Part shown: positions 33,182 to 45,434 of the stretch, one piece after another
Layout: each line of letters opens with the position of its first letter
How positions within the stretch are numbered: the first letter of the stretch is position 1
DNA from: Amphiscolops sp. MND2022
Taxonomy: Eukaryota
DNA: 64,000 nt
Reading direction: 5' to 3'
NCBI GenBank assembly: GCA_964187785.1
Contig: OZ076409.1
Span: 66,280,001 to 66,344,000, forward strand
Program-made: the position numbers and the translations under genes
Notes under the pieces: generated by a model
Seen by the model: only the letters and a program-made list of their open reading frames with translations
Databases searched by the model: none
Told to the model about the DNA's origin: nothing

Positions 33182-35458
33182 AGGAGTTAGGCTGTAGCTG
33201 AGTCGAACAACAGGCGACACATTCTTCAATTTGTTGACCTGTGAATAGTCGCTGCAACAATTACACCTTCATTGCAAAACATTTGCCGCAAAGTGTAGAT
33301 TTTATCCCTGAAAAGTGTTTTTTTTTCATGAAACAAGAGCGAACCGTGTTCTAGTCAAAGAATTCAGCGTGTTCATTGCACATTTTGATGCATAGTTGGA
33401 TGAGAAATTGCAGATTTCAATCATTGAAAGTAATTAGACAGAATTGTGAACCAGAAAATCACCATCTGTGTTGCGGTTTTTTCCAAGTTCTACCTAAAAT
33501 CCACTTAGTGACAGTATCTGTAAGAAAATCCAAAACAAGAGTCTGCAGAGACTCACCTTCAAATGGGAACTTAGCAAGAAAAATGTTGTTTTGGTGGGTA
33601 ATGGGTTTTTAGGCTCAAGTTACTGTTTTTTTCTCTCTCCAGTTTCTGCTCTTTCGGCTCACGGTTTCCAAAAGCTTCGAGTAATGGAATAATAAAGTTA
33701 CTTCTTTATCGCAAAAAAAGAATAACACTAGGTAATTCAAATCAGTCAAACTAACTAATACTCATCAATCGAAGGAACAATCTCCGGTTCAGCCAACTAC
33801 AATTCTATCTCAAGTAACGAACTTGCACGATTTCAATCTACGACGACCAGTTCTTTCAGCTATATCAAATACCTTGCCCCCGGTCAACTGAACTATAGCT
33901 TTCTAACTCATTTGTGTCTATTCGATTACGTTCAAATTCCGCCTCAATTGTATTTAATCATCGCACGTGTTTCTGGTGATCTCATCTTAACATTCCTTCA
34001 TACTTGACATTTTCATTATTAGGAGTCGGCACCTTAAGTTTACATCCTTTTACCGTCATGTTTACTATTCCTTTTATGGCAAGGCGAACGCCATAGTCAT
34101 ACTTCGACTAAACATTCTTTGCCGCAAACGACAAAAATTCAACAAGAGCTGTTCAAAGTTAAAATTTTAATAATAATTCCAGTCACCCAAGATATTTCTA
34201 ATATCAAGACAAATATTCAAAGACATTCCAACACATGGTTTACTTGTTCCCTACGTGTAAGAGGTAATTTTTCATCATTCTAAGTACATCGCGAATTTTT
34301 TTGCCTGACTGAAATGCATAAATTATCGCGCAAAGACGCTGATTACGTTTGAGACCCTCTGAAGCGACCTTGAGGTCCGCACGAGACCTTGAGATTATTT
34401 GTCCTAATCCAAAATTGTTACATGCCAAACTATATCGTCCTAGGATCCATGGTTCCCGAGTTACATGATATGCGTATCTTTTGTTTACCTAAGGCGGTTA
34501 CCCCCGCATGGGTTACAAATACGGTTTCATTCTCATTAGTAATCGACTACACTCTTTATTCTGGTATGTTTGAGATGCTACAAGCCAAGGCCAAATGTCT
34601 TTTGTCGGTGTGGCCCGCGCGTCCCGTCCCGCGTGCCTTAAACAAACATCACTCCGCGCATGGTGGACCGATTATTGTATCTTCCATGTATATTACATAG
34701 GGTTGGTAGATGAACATCTTAGGCAAGTTTCATCATCCTCGGATCAGCTTGTGGCGACTTACATAACATTCGAGGTTGGTTTACATATGGTCCGTGCTCC
34801 TCCTACGCACGTCGTAGGGTTTCGAAAATTTACGAAAAAGGTTTAACATCCTATGGGTTATCAATTCTATACATTATCTAACTTCTCCTGGCTGACGAGT
34901 TCATAGGGGGTCGACATAGGTAACTTCCGATGCTAATAGCCCGGGACTGGGGGTCCCAGCTCGGTTCTGTTTTCATAGGCGCGTAGCAAAACAGCTCAGG
35001 TATATGTGTGCCAAATTTTAGGTTTCTATCATTAATAGTCTTGAGAAAAACTGTTTGGGTGGGTTTCCCGTTTGTCGCACATTGTTTTCCTGGGTGGTAT
35101 CTTAGAATAATTTCAACCAAAATTTGGACTTAGTAAAATTCATTCTACTAGATTAACTCTGACTAAGCCAAATTGAACAATTACATCGATGACATCAATT
35201 CTACTTTAGATTTAAGTGTCGTGAAGTATCGTCTAATAAGTAAACACTGAGTTAGCCAAATGAGCCTAACAAAACATGCTATATTCAGCCTTTTCAGCTG
35301 TTTTCACTATTCCGACGGTCTGAATACGTGATTAACCTAGTTCTGTCTATCGTATGTGTTTCGCGCAAAAGAAACAGTGGGAATCTAAAGCGCAAAAAAA
35401 TCTAAAATTTCCACATAATTTATTGTTATTAGATTACTGAAGTAGAAATGATAATTTA

Positions 35459-35521
35459 GTCACTGTGGCCCAGTTGGTAGAGCGTCCGCCTGTCAGTATT
35501 AGTTCGAACCCGTGCTGTAGC
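35459..35521 (+). mobile_element. tRNA-derived SINE head or tRNA pseudogene
   Basis: A-box-like TGGCCCAGTTGGTAGAGCG and B-box-like GTTCGAACCC, but the anticodon/variable region is too short for a cloverleaf. Confidence 0.6.
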
Positions 35522-35970
35522 ATGATTTTTTTCTTCTGTCCAAGGCAGTACGTTGCCTTCGGCATACTTTGTTGGCTTATTTGAGTCGTGTGGCGGGCAT
35601 TCGAGCCCCATACTTTTTTCATCACGAGTGTGGTGGAAAATATAATGGTGCTTAGTGGTCATCTTGTTCATATTGCCGTATAAATTCTCAAACTGAGAGT
35701 TATGTGTACCGTTCCATGGATCACTTTTTAATCAATCATATGGGGATAATGATGCATCTATATAAAAAATTGCGACGAAGGAAATTATTGCTTTTTTGGG
35801 TAAACATTGAAACCCTGGAAATGCAGTTTCATGATGATGATGATGATGATACCATAAGTTAGTTTAAAAACCCTATTGGAGTGGAGCTGGAGTTTTGATG
35901 TGATAGCCAGGATGTAGCTATCATATATTTGAAGAACCGGAAGGCCTTGAGATCACCAATGCTTAATTGA

Positions 35971-36385
35971 ACAAGCCGGGAACGGCCAAATTTGGCGCTA
36001 TACCTAAGGCTCAAAAAGCGCAAACTTTTCAAATTATGATGGGCCCCTGGCGCGCTAAAAAAGGAGACCATTTGGGATTTTCTAACATCCTTCCTGTTGC
36101 AAAATAGCAAGAAAAATTGAAGGGGGCCCTTTGGTGTAATCAAAAATTTTTTCGAAAAAAGTTTCTTAGTGCCGAAAAAAATCCAAGGTAAAAACACCTT
36201 AGTATGTTTTCGAGGTTCTGGTCGTCGGTTTTGTTTTGGACAATGTTCTGACGTTTCCAGTATGTTTTGGACAGCCGTAGTTCAAGTTGAACAAATATAC
36301 AAAAAAGTGGACCATACGTGGCTAAAAAAAACAAACTACCCACTGTAAGAGTCGGGCACTTTTCTTCAAAAGCGCCGACTAAAAA
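35971..36385 (+). mobile_element. Helentron/HINE-like non-autonomous dispersed repeat
   Basis: 5' ACAAG..GGAACGGCC..GGCGC..CTAAGGCT head shared with 41167, 43945 and 47518(-); 3' hairpin AGTCGGGC..TTTT/AAAA..GCCGACT followed by an A-run. Confidence 0.55.
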
Positions 36386-38755
36386 CATACTTGCTAATCA
36401 TCATAACGACAAGATTTTTATTGCATACATGAGTCAGCCTGTAATATTTTAGATGGCTACATGTAGTTATTTTTTTCACAAAAGTCACTTTCTTTTTGAG
36501 CCGCATTTTAACAACCAAATATTAGTTCATGTCGAACAATAAAAAAGATGATTATTTCTATTTTTGTTGTTGTCATTTCATGTATCGAGAATTCATCAAA
36601 GTTGTCAGAATAAAGCCAGTATTAGGCTTACAAGCCTTGTGTGCATGGAATATTTGGATTGGATCTGCTTTGAGCCTCAGAGAATGAGCACTAAAGGGAT
36701 TCGGATCCCTGCTTTATTTAATTGCTTTGACAACACGTGGGAGTGGTTTTCCATGCACACAAAGTCTAGAAGCATGTCTGTCTGCTTCGACGGGGCCTAT
36801 GATTTATCTTGGGAGTTACGTAACTCTCCGTGACATCATAATGTTCCTACTGCAGTCGTGACGTAATAACAATGAGTTACTATTGGAATCGTTAAGAAAT
36901 GTGTGTGGACAAAAATAGCTAGAAAAACTGAAAAGTGTGAAAAATGATAGAAAATGAGAAAAAAAGAAAATTTATCATTTTCTGTTTTTTTTCGCGCCAA
37001 ATAAAGGGAATAGGGAAAGAGCGTGTCACAGAATGCCAAACGCATGACAATAACCATGATGATTATGATGATTATGTTTCGTGTGCATCCATCTGATAAT
37101 TTGCGTGAAAAAAATGTCTTTGTTTTTTATTTGGATTACCTTTTCTTTTTTCTCCATTTTCCTTCTTTTTCTTTCTTTCCTTACTTTTTATTTGTGCTTA
37201 CACGTAAAGAGGACACCTGCTCTTTTGTGGAGGGGGCTGAGGAGCGTGGAAAGCAAAGAAAAGGAGACAGAATGGAAAAGGTGGCAGCAAGGAAAGATCT
37301 TTGGCCAGGCCATCAACAATTCAATTGCTTTGTTTCGCTTACGCGCCATTTTGCTTCACCTTGTTCTCTCCGTTACGCAACAACACGCCACTGTTATCTA
37401 ATCACGTGACGTCACCAAACGCATGTACATGTAGTTCTATAAAACATAAAGATGCCCAAAAAATAGAAATACTAAGATAGTACTATTTGACGTTTTTTTT
37501 TCTGTGATTGACAACGAAGATGGTTGTCATAATAGGCGATAAGCTAGATTACATGGGTCTGATTTGAAAATTTCTTTTTTATTTTTCAAAGAGGAATGAC
37601 GAAAATGGGTAAGATTATTTTGGCGACAAGAATACCGTTTATCGTCAAGTTATAAGACACATGCTAGTTAATTTTTCATAACTTAATTAATTTTCCCCAC
37701 ACGTGTGGGTAAGATAGCGAAGAATGCCGGAGTCCGGCTATTTTGTTCCACTCCATCGACTTGGCTTTATTTGATTTTTCAGGGCAACCAAGTCACAAGG
37801 CGCCAATGCACAAAGAGATAGAGGAATAAATTTATGACGTCATCAAAATCAGAATCATCTACGTCATCACAAGACGAAGAAACAAACAATTGTGTGTGAA
37901 CACAATCGCACTTGGAATGAAGCAGGCTTGAACAAAAAAGAAAGAATGAAAAATTTGGGAAACAACTGGCTAGGAATTTGTTGTTCACGCTGTTTTTCAC
38001 CCATCAGAGTGTAGACAAGGTTCACCCAGCAACTGAGAAAGTCACCCAAAAATCAAATAAACAACACTGAGACAGGCGACCCAAAAATTGAATTGCCGTC
38101 CAAGCACACGTGAAAAAAAACAGTTCACATGTCATTTACTTCTGACGCTAGTAGATTATAAACTCGGTCACCTTTCATGCCTCCTATTGTAGACAATTTG
38201 TCTCTCAATCAACTTTTGGAGGGAGAGATTTTCAGGAAAGTTTAAAACAACAAGCAATCTAACAAGCAACAAACATCTTAACTTTGCTACTTTCATATGC
38301 CAAGTTATGACATCAGATCTCAAATATATTGCTGGCTATAGCCAGTGGGCTAGTTAAGTTGCCTAGGAGAATTTTGAAGTTTGCAAAATCCCATTTGGCA
38401 TTCCAAATACGATAATAGTCGTCCTAAAAATAACACAAGGAGACGGTGTTGACAAGAAGCAAGTTCTGAATATATATATATATAAAAAATAAAAAAGTGA
38501 ATCCCATTTTTTAGCTCTTTTTTCGTTTCAAACACGCTTGTCCCACTCTGCAAGTTCTGTTTCTCTTTTCCTACAATCCCTTTCATCAGGCCGCATCTTT
38601 GCTTTATTATTAATTCTTGTGCTAATTTTTTTTGTATTTTTCCCTCTTTTTTCATCGCCTTCATCATCTCATTCCTGGATAATAATAGTCCTTCTCGCAG
38701 TGTTGTGGCACTATTGGGAAGCTGTGGTATAATCCGCTTTCTTTTGCTTACTTAC

Positions 38756-39737
38756 CAACTAACCAGCGTGGTGACATGATACCTGTAAAGATATACCTAT
38801 CTACCCGCTTTCGATATTCAGCTACTTCCCGGCTGAGGCCTGTTTTTAATTTTTTTTTTCAATTCTTCGTTCCCATTCTTCACTCACCTAAAAAGTCCAG
38901 AATACTACTTTGAATATTCACTCATCTAATCATTCATCCAATTACTGAATTCTTAATTTTTGTTCTTGTGTTTTTAGATCATAACCGCTCTTGTTATATC
39001 TTTTAAACCAAAATACCCCCCAACTTCTCGGACATTTTTTCTTCTTATGTACAATCCCAGCAGCCAGCAACGGGCGGACGTACTTACCTGGCTTGAGGCC
39101 GTTCAACTATTCATGAGCCGTTGCCAACATTGGATCAGCATTTGATATCTAGCCGTGTGTCTAAGAAAAGAAAAAGTCAGTTCGGTTGACGTACCGTTTT
39201 CCTGTTGTTGCTGCTTTCTTACAATTGTTGTTTTCTTTATTGGTCTTGGCGCAGCTTGGAGTACAGCGGCCAGGTAGAACAACTATCTATTACGTAACAC
39301 GACCAGTGCGGACGCAGCCGTTAAATCCAGCTCAGCAAAAGTACTGAAAAAAAACAAGACTGACTGTTTTGTATTTACCCCTTGTATAAAAAACACCAGT
39401 ACTTTTTCCCGGTATAATCAACTAACAGAAAAACAAAAGTGAACGTTAAGACAGTACTGGTACAGCCATTGCTCCTCAAGGAATTGCTATAGTACATATT
39501 TTCACTACTTTTTACTTACCACTCTACTATTTTTATTTCCCTCTTTTTTTTTCCTTTTTTTTCATTTGTTTCTTTCCCTCAATCCTCACCAAACAAGCAA
39601 CCGTCCCTCCTGCTACCACCATTGCCGTCGCCGTTCTGTTCACTGCTGTTCATACCAACCAGCCTTCTTACCTGTCTGTTTGCCAACAGAGGATAAGAGG
39701 GAAGGTAGCTGCAATCACCGGCCGCTATCCCCTTACC
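38756..39737 (-). other. probable 5' exons of a host gene: donor after 39737, UTR exon 39160-39088, micro-exon 38782-38756 with ATG (MSPRWLV-)
   Basis: GAG|GTAAGG; branch-like CTGAC + TTTTTCTTTTCTTAG| acceptor; CAG|GTAAGTA; TTTACAG| acceptor; TTG|GTAAGT. Confidence 0.5.
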
Positions 39738-41166
39738 TCTAACATTCCACGCCACAGTTATATTACATAACAGCCGTTCCATAACAGCCGCGCTTCGCTT
39801 CATCAACCGCTGCCAAAAAATAAAGTACCAGCCGCGGAAGCGCAGAAGAAAAACAAAAAGAGGCAAAGAAAACGCAAAAGAGAGAAAGAGAAATAGAGGC
39901 TTCGAATAACTCCTTTTTATTGGCCAATTGCTCCTTCCATCATTACGCACCTAGCCATGCCTTCTCTTGTGGTTTTGCAGCTACTCCTCGTATAAGTATA
40001 ACTATATACACAATCTTTATTCTTCGCTCCTTCCTCGATCGGTCAGGTAAATTGAAGCGAAGAATTCCTGAATTCCTCCACCAACAAATTTACAACCCTC
40101 GCCACCACCGCCACCACTAACAGCACTGCTTTGGCCCATCAACACGGCATCAATCAGAGGATTCCTTGTTTGTTTCATAATTCCACTTCCAACTTGGTGC
40201 GGCAGGCTCTACTGACGCCAAAATTCACCTGAGTCTATCTCTGGGCCTCTAAATCATTTTATACATACCTCATTCGCCACCTACCATTTATAGGCATACC
40301 CCTGTACTGTCAAGAAACTGCAGACTTAGTACTGTTCTTTGACTCCCTCCTAGAAAATTTACAGAGCTTTGCTTTATACCACCTTGAAGTCCACAATATT
40401 CAGATTCAATCTCATTCATTAATTTGGGATTACAAAAAAGAAACAGCTTTTCTCGAAAGAAGGCGTTTATCAACAGCTGCTGCTCACAAAAAGTTAAATA
40501 CAAGTGAGTGGAACGTTGTGAAAAATCTATAATGATGTACGTTGAAAAGTATGAAATTCATAAAACTAGATATATATTAGAGTCATTTTTATAATGATAT
40601 ATATGAATTTTTTATAACTAAAAATATATTAGAGTCATTTGTGTAAAACTTCCAAACTGAAGTGACTTAGGACCCTTTTTTCGGTTTTTAATCTCGGTTT
40701 TTAATGTCGAAATCTTTTCTCCAATTTGGACAACAATTTTAATAACAAAAACTTCATGTTTTATATTTCGCCGTATTTATTGTTCACCAAGATGCTCGAA
40801 AGAAGCATCTAAAAATTGGTGCTGTATTGAAGCCACACAGTCATGAGTTCAATTTTCATGAGCGAAATTCCCCAGGATTATGCAATGCCTGTTATTTCAA
40901 TGCACGCTCAGTGTAATTTTGAACGTAGTTTTTGCAGAAATCTAGTTTATGAAAAAATGAGCGGATAAAAAACTAGGTTGTCTTTTTAATTGAAAAAACA
41001 ACATATCGAACCTGCACAAAGTTTATGGATTACTCGGGAAGTATTGATATTCGATGAGTAGTGTTATTTACGAAAATTTAGTATAAAAAGAAGCAACTTC
41101 TTTTGAGCTACTAACGATGCTCCAAAACAATAACAAACAGTAATGTTTCACGATTTTAAACTAGAA

Positions 41167-41582
41167 ACAAGCCAGAAATGGCCCAACGTGGCGCACGTTT
41201 GAGATCCGACTGCAAAGTCCTTTCAAATAGCTGAAAACATGCTGCTAAGAAAATTCCTAAAAGTCTCGCTGTACCGAACAAGGTTCATTGTTTTCTACAT
41301 GGTCACCTAATATAAGCATTGAAAGAAAGAAGCTTTTCCAAGCCTAAGAAAAACTCTCAATGTTAAAAAATCAAAGTTGGACACTTCTAGCTACTTCCCG
41401 TTAAAAGGCAAAGAAACAAGTATCCACAAAAGGACTTTTCGATGCCTTTTTGTTTTGTTTTGTTTGTCCATCTGAAAGCTACGTTTTTTGATTTCTTGAA
41501 ACGACCGTACAACTCTTTACCTTTCACGGTCTTCTGGCTCGTTTTATTTGCGTTTTGGTCCGGTATGATACTTGAACAGAGC
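41167..41582 (+). mobile_element. degraded member of the ACAAG..GGCCCAA HINE-like family
   Basis: ACAAGCCAGAAATGGCCCAACGTGGCGC head; internal similarity to 36230-36300. Right boundary approximate. Confidence 0.4.
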
Positions 41583-43944
41583 AAAACGGTGGAACTTGAA
41601 CAGTTTAAGAAAAAATCTCACAATTCGATTCGTAGGGTTTTGGAAATAAGAATAGTACAAACAGTAACAGCAGAAGAAATTTTTCGTTTTCTAATAGATG
41701 TACTGAATAGCGCTGACTTCAAACTCGGATGAAAACGCTTCACATGAATAGTTATTGAAGGCGAATCGAGAAAGAAACTCAGTTCTTTACAAAGACTCTA
41801 GAGGCGAATATATCTCCAAGTCGCTTGAATGTTGTTCCTTTATAATTATTTTGGAGTTTCGACAATGCCTGAAAATTTAGACGTACTCAATGATGATTGG
41901 GATGGAAAATCACACCTCATCAAACCGGAGACACCCCAAAAAACATTTCTTTGAAACTCCTGTTCATAGAGACATGAAACTTGCCACATGAATGCACGAA
42001 CCCAAAACGAACACCCCAGCCAAATTTCAAGGATATGATCTCAATTTAACCCCCCATCATGACTCCCCAGAGTTAATGTAAACTCTATGTTAACTCTATT
42101 AGAATTGGTGATATTTACATAGTTTAAAGATACAATCAGAACAATTGACAAACATGCAAGACCCATGCCATAGTTTATTTACATAGTCAATAACTTTCAT
42201 GATACTCCTGAATGCCATATTTAAAACTCATATTTTAACTTCTGTTTCTCGAATAAGTGTAAGCGAGATGTATAAAATAACTAGTTAGACACAAGACGAT
42301 TAGAAAGCTCTATGCAAGTTGTGTCTTAGGATCTCTAGAATTCTCAATTCACTTCTTTACTGCTTTCCGACTATTCGCCAGGACATAGGGCAAATCAGTT
42401 AGTTTTTCCCAACTTGTGGAGAGTTGGACGTGTTAAGAGACGAGAAAGAAGTTCAGTTCGCGATTATCGGATCCTACTAAGACAAGATACAGTCCTTTTA
42501 TTCTAAAGAGCAAGCGGTGTTCAGGAACGGCCCGCAGTACTGAGCACCGGATTCAAGGCGGTGTAAAGTTTTGTCGAATGAAGGGGTCATGCAGCCATTA
42601 CAGCAGCATTCCTGGCAATTTCGACATTTTCGGTAGTATAGAGGCTTGTTTGTTTGCATTAGCTTGATTTATTGAGCTTGTAGGCAAGCTTCGTGACGGT
42701 GTTTTACTGGTGAAATTTTGCAGAAGTTTTTGGCTACTCATGTTGTCTTGCCCGGATATGATTTCTTTCTGATTTTTTCTCGAAACAACTTAGTTTTTTG
42801 TAGATTTAATTAGTTAAGAGATTTCGTTCCTGGCTTGGTTTGGTATTGTAGGCTGCGGCTGCTAAGGGCTCTGGGGTAACGTTTGGGATCCAGTGTTTGG
42901 GGACTGTTTCAGGTACGTTGTTTTTTTTGCCGAAACATGTTTGAAATCAGTTCAAACTTCTGACTTTTTCGTCGGAACTTCTTATGTTGTACCTCTTGAT
43001 CATTTTTGATGGCCGGTTTCCTAGTTCCCTTTCACATGCAGCGACTCCGCACGAATCAGGCGATTCTTTCTGTCAATGAAACTTTGAATTTTCCTAAAAA
43101 TGATTTTTTTTTTCAAATACTTGCTACAGTTTTTATAATACCGTGTAAATGGCGAATTTAGACTTTCCTGTTGCAAATTGCAGAAAGTGAAGAACCCGGG
43201 CAAACTTCGATGTTTTCATTTCCCGGCAAATTGTCTATTACATGCACCATGCACCAATCGGCCGAAAGCGTTTTTGGAATATTTTCGAAACTTTCGCTGT
43301 CCTAAGCAAAGTTCAGGTATTTGAGCCTTTCTGTCTCAGCCTCTAGGCATTATATCAATTCAGTGGTCCTACTAAAAGTTTGAATATCTAGCTGAAGCTC
43401 GAGCCGAAGCGCAACGTGTATTGCGCCTATGTTTTAAATTTTGGTCTGTTTTAAATTTTCTGAAATAAATTTTTATAATAGAACTTTTCTTGAACAACAT
43501 AGATTCTCGGAAAGTGAAAATAATGAAAAATTTTTTCCAAGTTAGAAAAAAATTCTCGTTCATAAAACAAATATATGTTACAATATGTCTCAAGAAGGAC
43601 AAAAATTGAGCATTTCAATTCGTCTGGTCCCTGGCTTGAAAAACATTTCAATACACTTGGAACATACCACAAATTCTAGTGAAACGGTTCAAAAAAGTGT
43701 TCAACCGCCCGCAATGTATAACGTACTCAGTTTTTCATTCTTATTAGCACAGTATATGTTTTGTCTCTTTCTTGGAGGAGTTTGGGAGAATCTTGTCGTT
43801 TGGTTTAAACTGGAGGTAGCACTTATTCAAGGCAAATTTAACATTCTTACTTTCAGCACTGTCCTTTGTGACGAAAATGAATAGTCCCTTGGGTTTTTGT
43901 TTTGTGTTGTAATCAAAGGTAATATCAGTCTAAAAAATGGTTGA

Positions 43945-44432
43945 ACAAGTTGGGAACGGCCCAAGTCAGCGCCATATCTAAGGCTTAAAAATAGCAAAAG
44001 GACTTCAAAGTGTCATGTATTCTCTTCTACAGTACCCAAAAAACCCAAACGTTCGACCGATTGGCGCGCCCTTTTGGATTTATAATTATCCATTCAGTTG
44101 CAAAATATCAAAAAAAAATTGGGAGCGGGACCCTTTGGAGACATTATAAATATTTCGGAAAAGTCTCACAATGCCGAAACAAAACGAAAGGGGCTTTGTG
44201 ATTTTTTAACATCCGAACTTTGAAAACTTCAAAAACGTTACATCCGAACTTTGAAAACGTTACATCCAAACTTCAAAACGTTACATCCGAACTTCAAAAC
44301 GTTACATCCGAACTTTGAAAACGTTTTATCCGAACTAAAATCCGAGTTAGCTTCTCGGCTAAAAAGTTGAACAAATGAACAAAAAAGGGTGGACCGATCG
44401 CGTTCAACTGACGAAAAAATAGCCACCATTAT
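43945..44432 (+). mobile_element. HINE-like repeat copy with an internal minisatellite
   Basis: ACAAGTTGGGAACGGCCCAAGTCAGCGCCATATCTAAGGCTT head; GTGGACC..AAAAAA..CCAC tail as in the 35971 copy. Confidence 0.6.
44207..44340 (+). repeat. 20-21-bp minisatellite GTTACATCCGAACTT(TG/C)AAAAC, ~6 copies
   Basis: Direct inspection; it explains the repetitive FGCNVLK ORF. Confidence 0.9.
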
Positions 44433-44541
44433 GTTGAAGACCTCTTGGCACTAGACTTTCTAGTGAACCATCACACCCGTGTTAACTGGTGGAAGACCAG
44501 AGGCCACCGGTGGAAAATAGTGACTGATGACCAAAAATTAC

Positions 44542-45434
44542 CTGCACATTCATAAACGGACCATCAAACGCTAGAACCAACCGATTAAAGATTAAACGAA
44601 ACTGTTCCAAAAACAACTCACAGCTAACGAGATCGCTGGACCGGTTAGCACACGGCACAATTAATGTAAACTACATATAGCCACTAAATTCTTAGGTTAG
44701 AAATCCAACAGTACGCTGTGCGAATTTTTGACCAAAGAACGGCGCTTCCAGCGCTAATACGCATCCCAAATGAAACGTTTCATTCGTCGAAACGACACAC
44801 ACGCCTGAAAAAAGCTGAAAATTGTTTTTAAAAACATGAAAAACTGAGAACAAGAAGCAAAACTTCTCAATTGAAACCCACCAAATCCTTGGCTGCAAAC
44901 ATGGTTGATAAAATGAAGTGAACATGATAGTGGCAAGCGTTTCTCCAGAAGGAGGAAAAACGATTGAAGTCAAGAGGCGAATGGCTTTGTGGTGTTTTTC
45001 GTATACTGCTCGTGGGAGACCATCTTTTAGCAACATTGGATTCAACAAGAAGAAATATCGAACAATCTAACTATGTAAAAGAAAAGCCTCGACAGGTCTG
45101 AGCATTTTTTCATGTATATATGCATCAACATATCAAACAATGAGAGCCGAAACAAGAACCGAAAACCTGAAAACGATTCTCTGAAAAAAATGAGTTTCTT
45201 GACACGACCAAAGATGTTTTTCCTGGACACTTTTTTTGGAAATGCCCTGGTAAATAAACTATAGCCAAGAGACTGCTCTTTCAAACTATTAATATCATTT
45301 CCGCTGAAAAGTTTGGGACACATGGTCTGTAACTCGACAAAATCCCTGAATGTTTGACTTTTGAAAATAGTATACTTCAAAATGATTGCAAAATGGTTTG
45401 CTGGAACGTTTTTTGTTCTGTAAAAGAAAATCAA
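44542..45434 (-). pseudogene. decayed fragments resembling an EnSpm/CACTA-type transposase, with a 77-bp intron-like segment (44881-44805)
   Basis: Ordered fragments KCSDLSRLFFY, PMLLKDGLPRAVYEKHHKAIRLL, MKRFIWDAY*..KNSHSVL recall the CACTA pattern KAsE.r.f..Y / P.lLk..Lp..vY.H....i.lL / N.H.L. Stops and frameshifts present. Confidence 0.3.

Noticed and set aside
33666..33689. PLLEAFGN on the minus strand, resembling myosin NPxLEAFGNAKT
   Set aside because: The following residues (REPKEQK) do not match, there is no splice donor there, and no other myosin exons were seen.
35459..35521. Functional tRNA gene
   Set aside because: The anticodon arm is truncated and the acceptor stem pairs poorly; kept as a SINE head or pseudogene.
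39081..39092. U1 snRNA 5' end (TACTTACCTGGC); also ATACTTACCTG at ~48678
   Set aside because: No U1 stem-loops or Sm site follow; better explained as a minus-strand splice donor.
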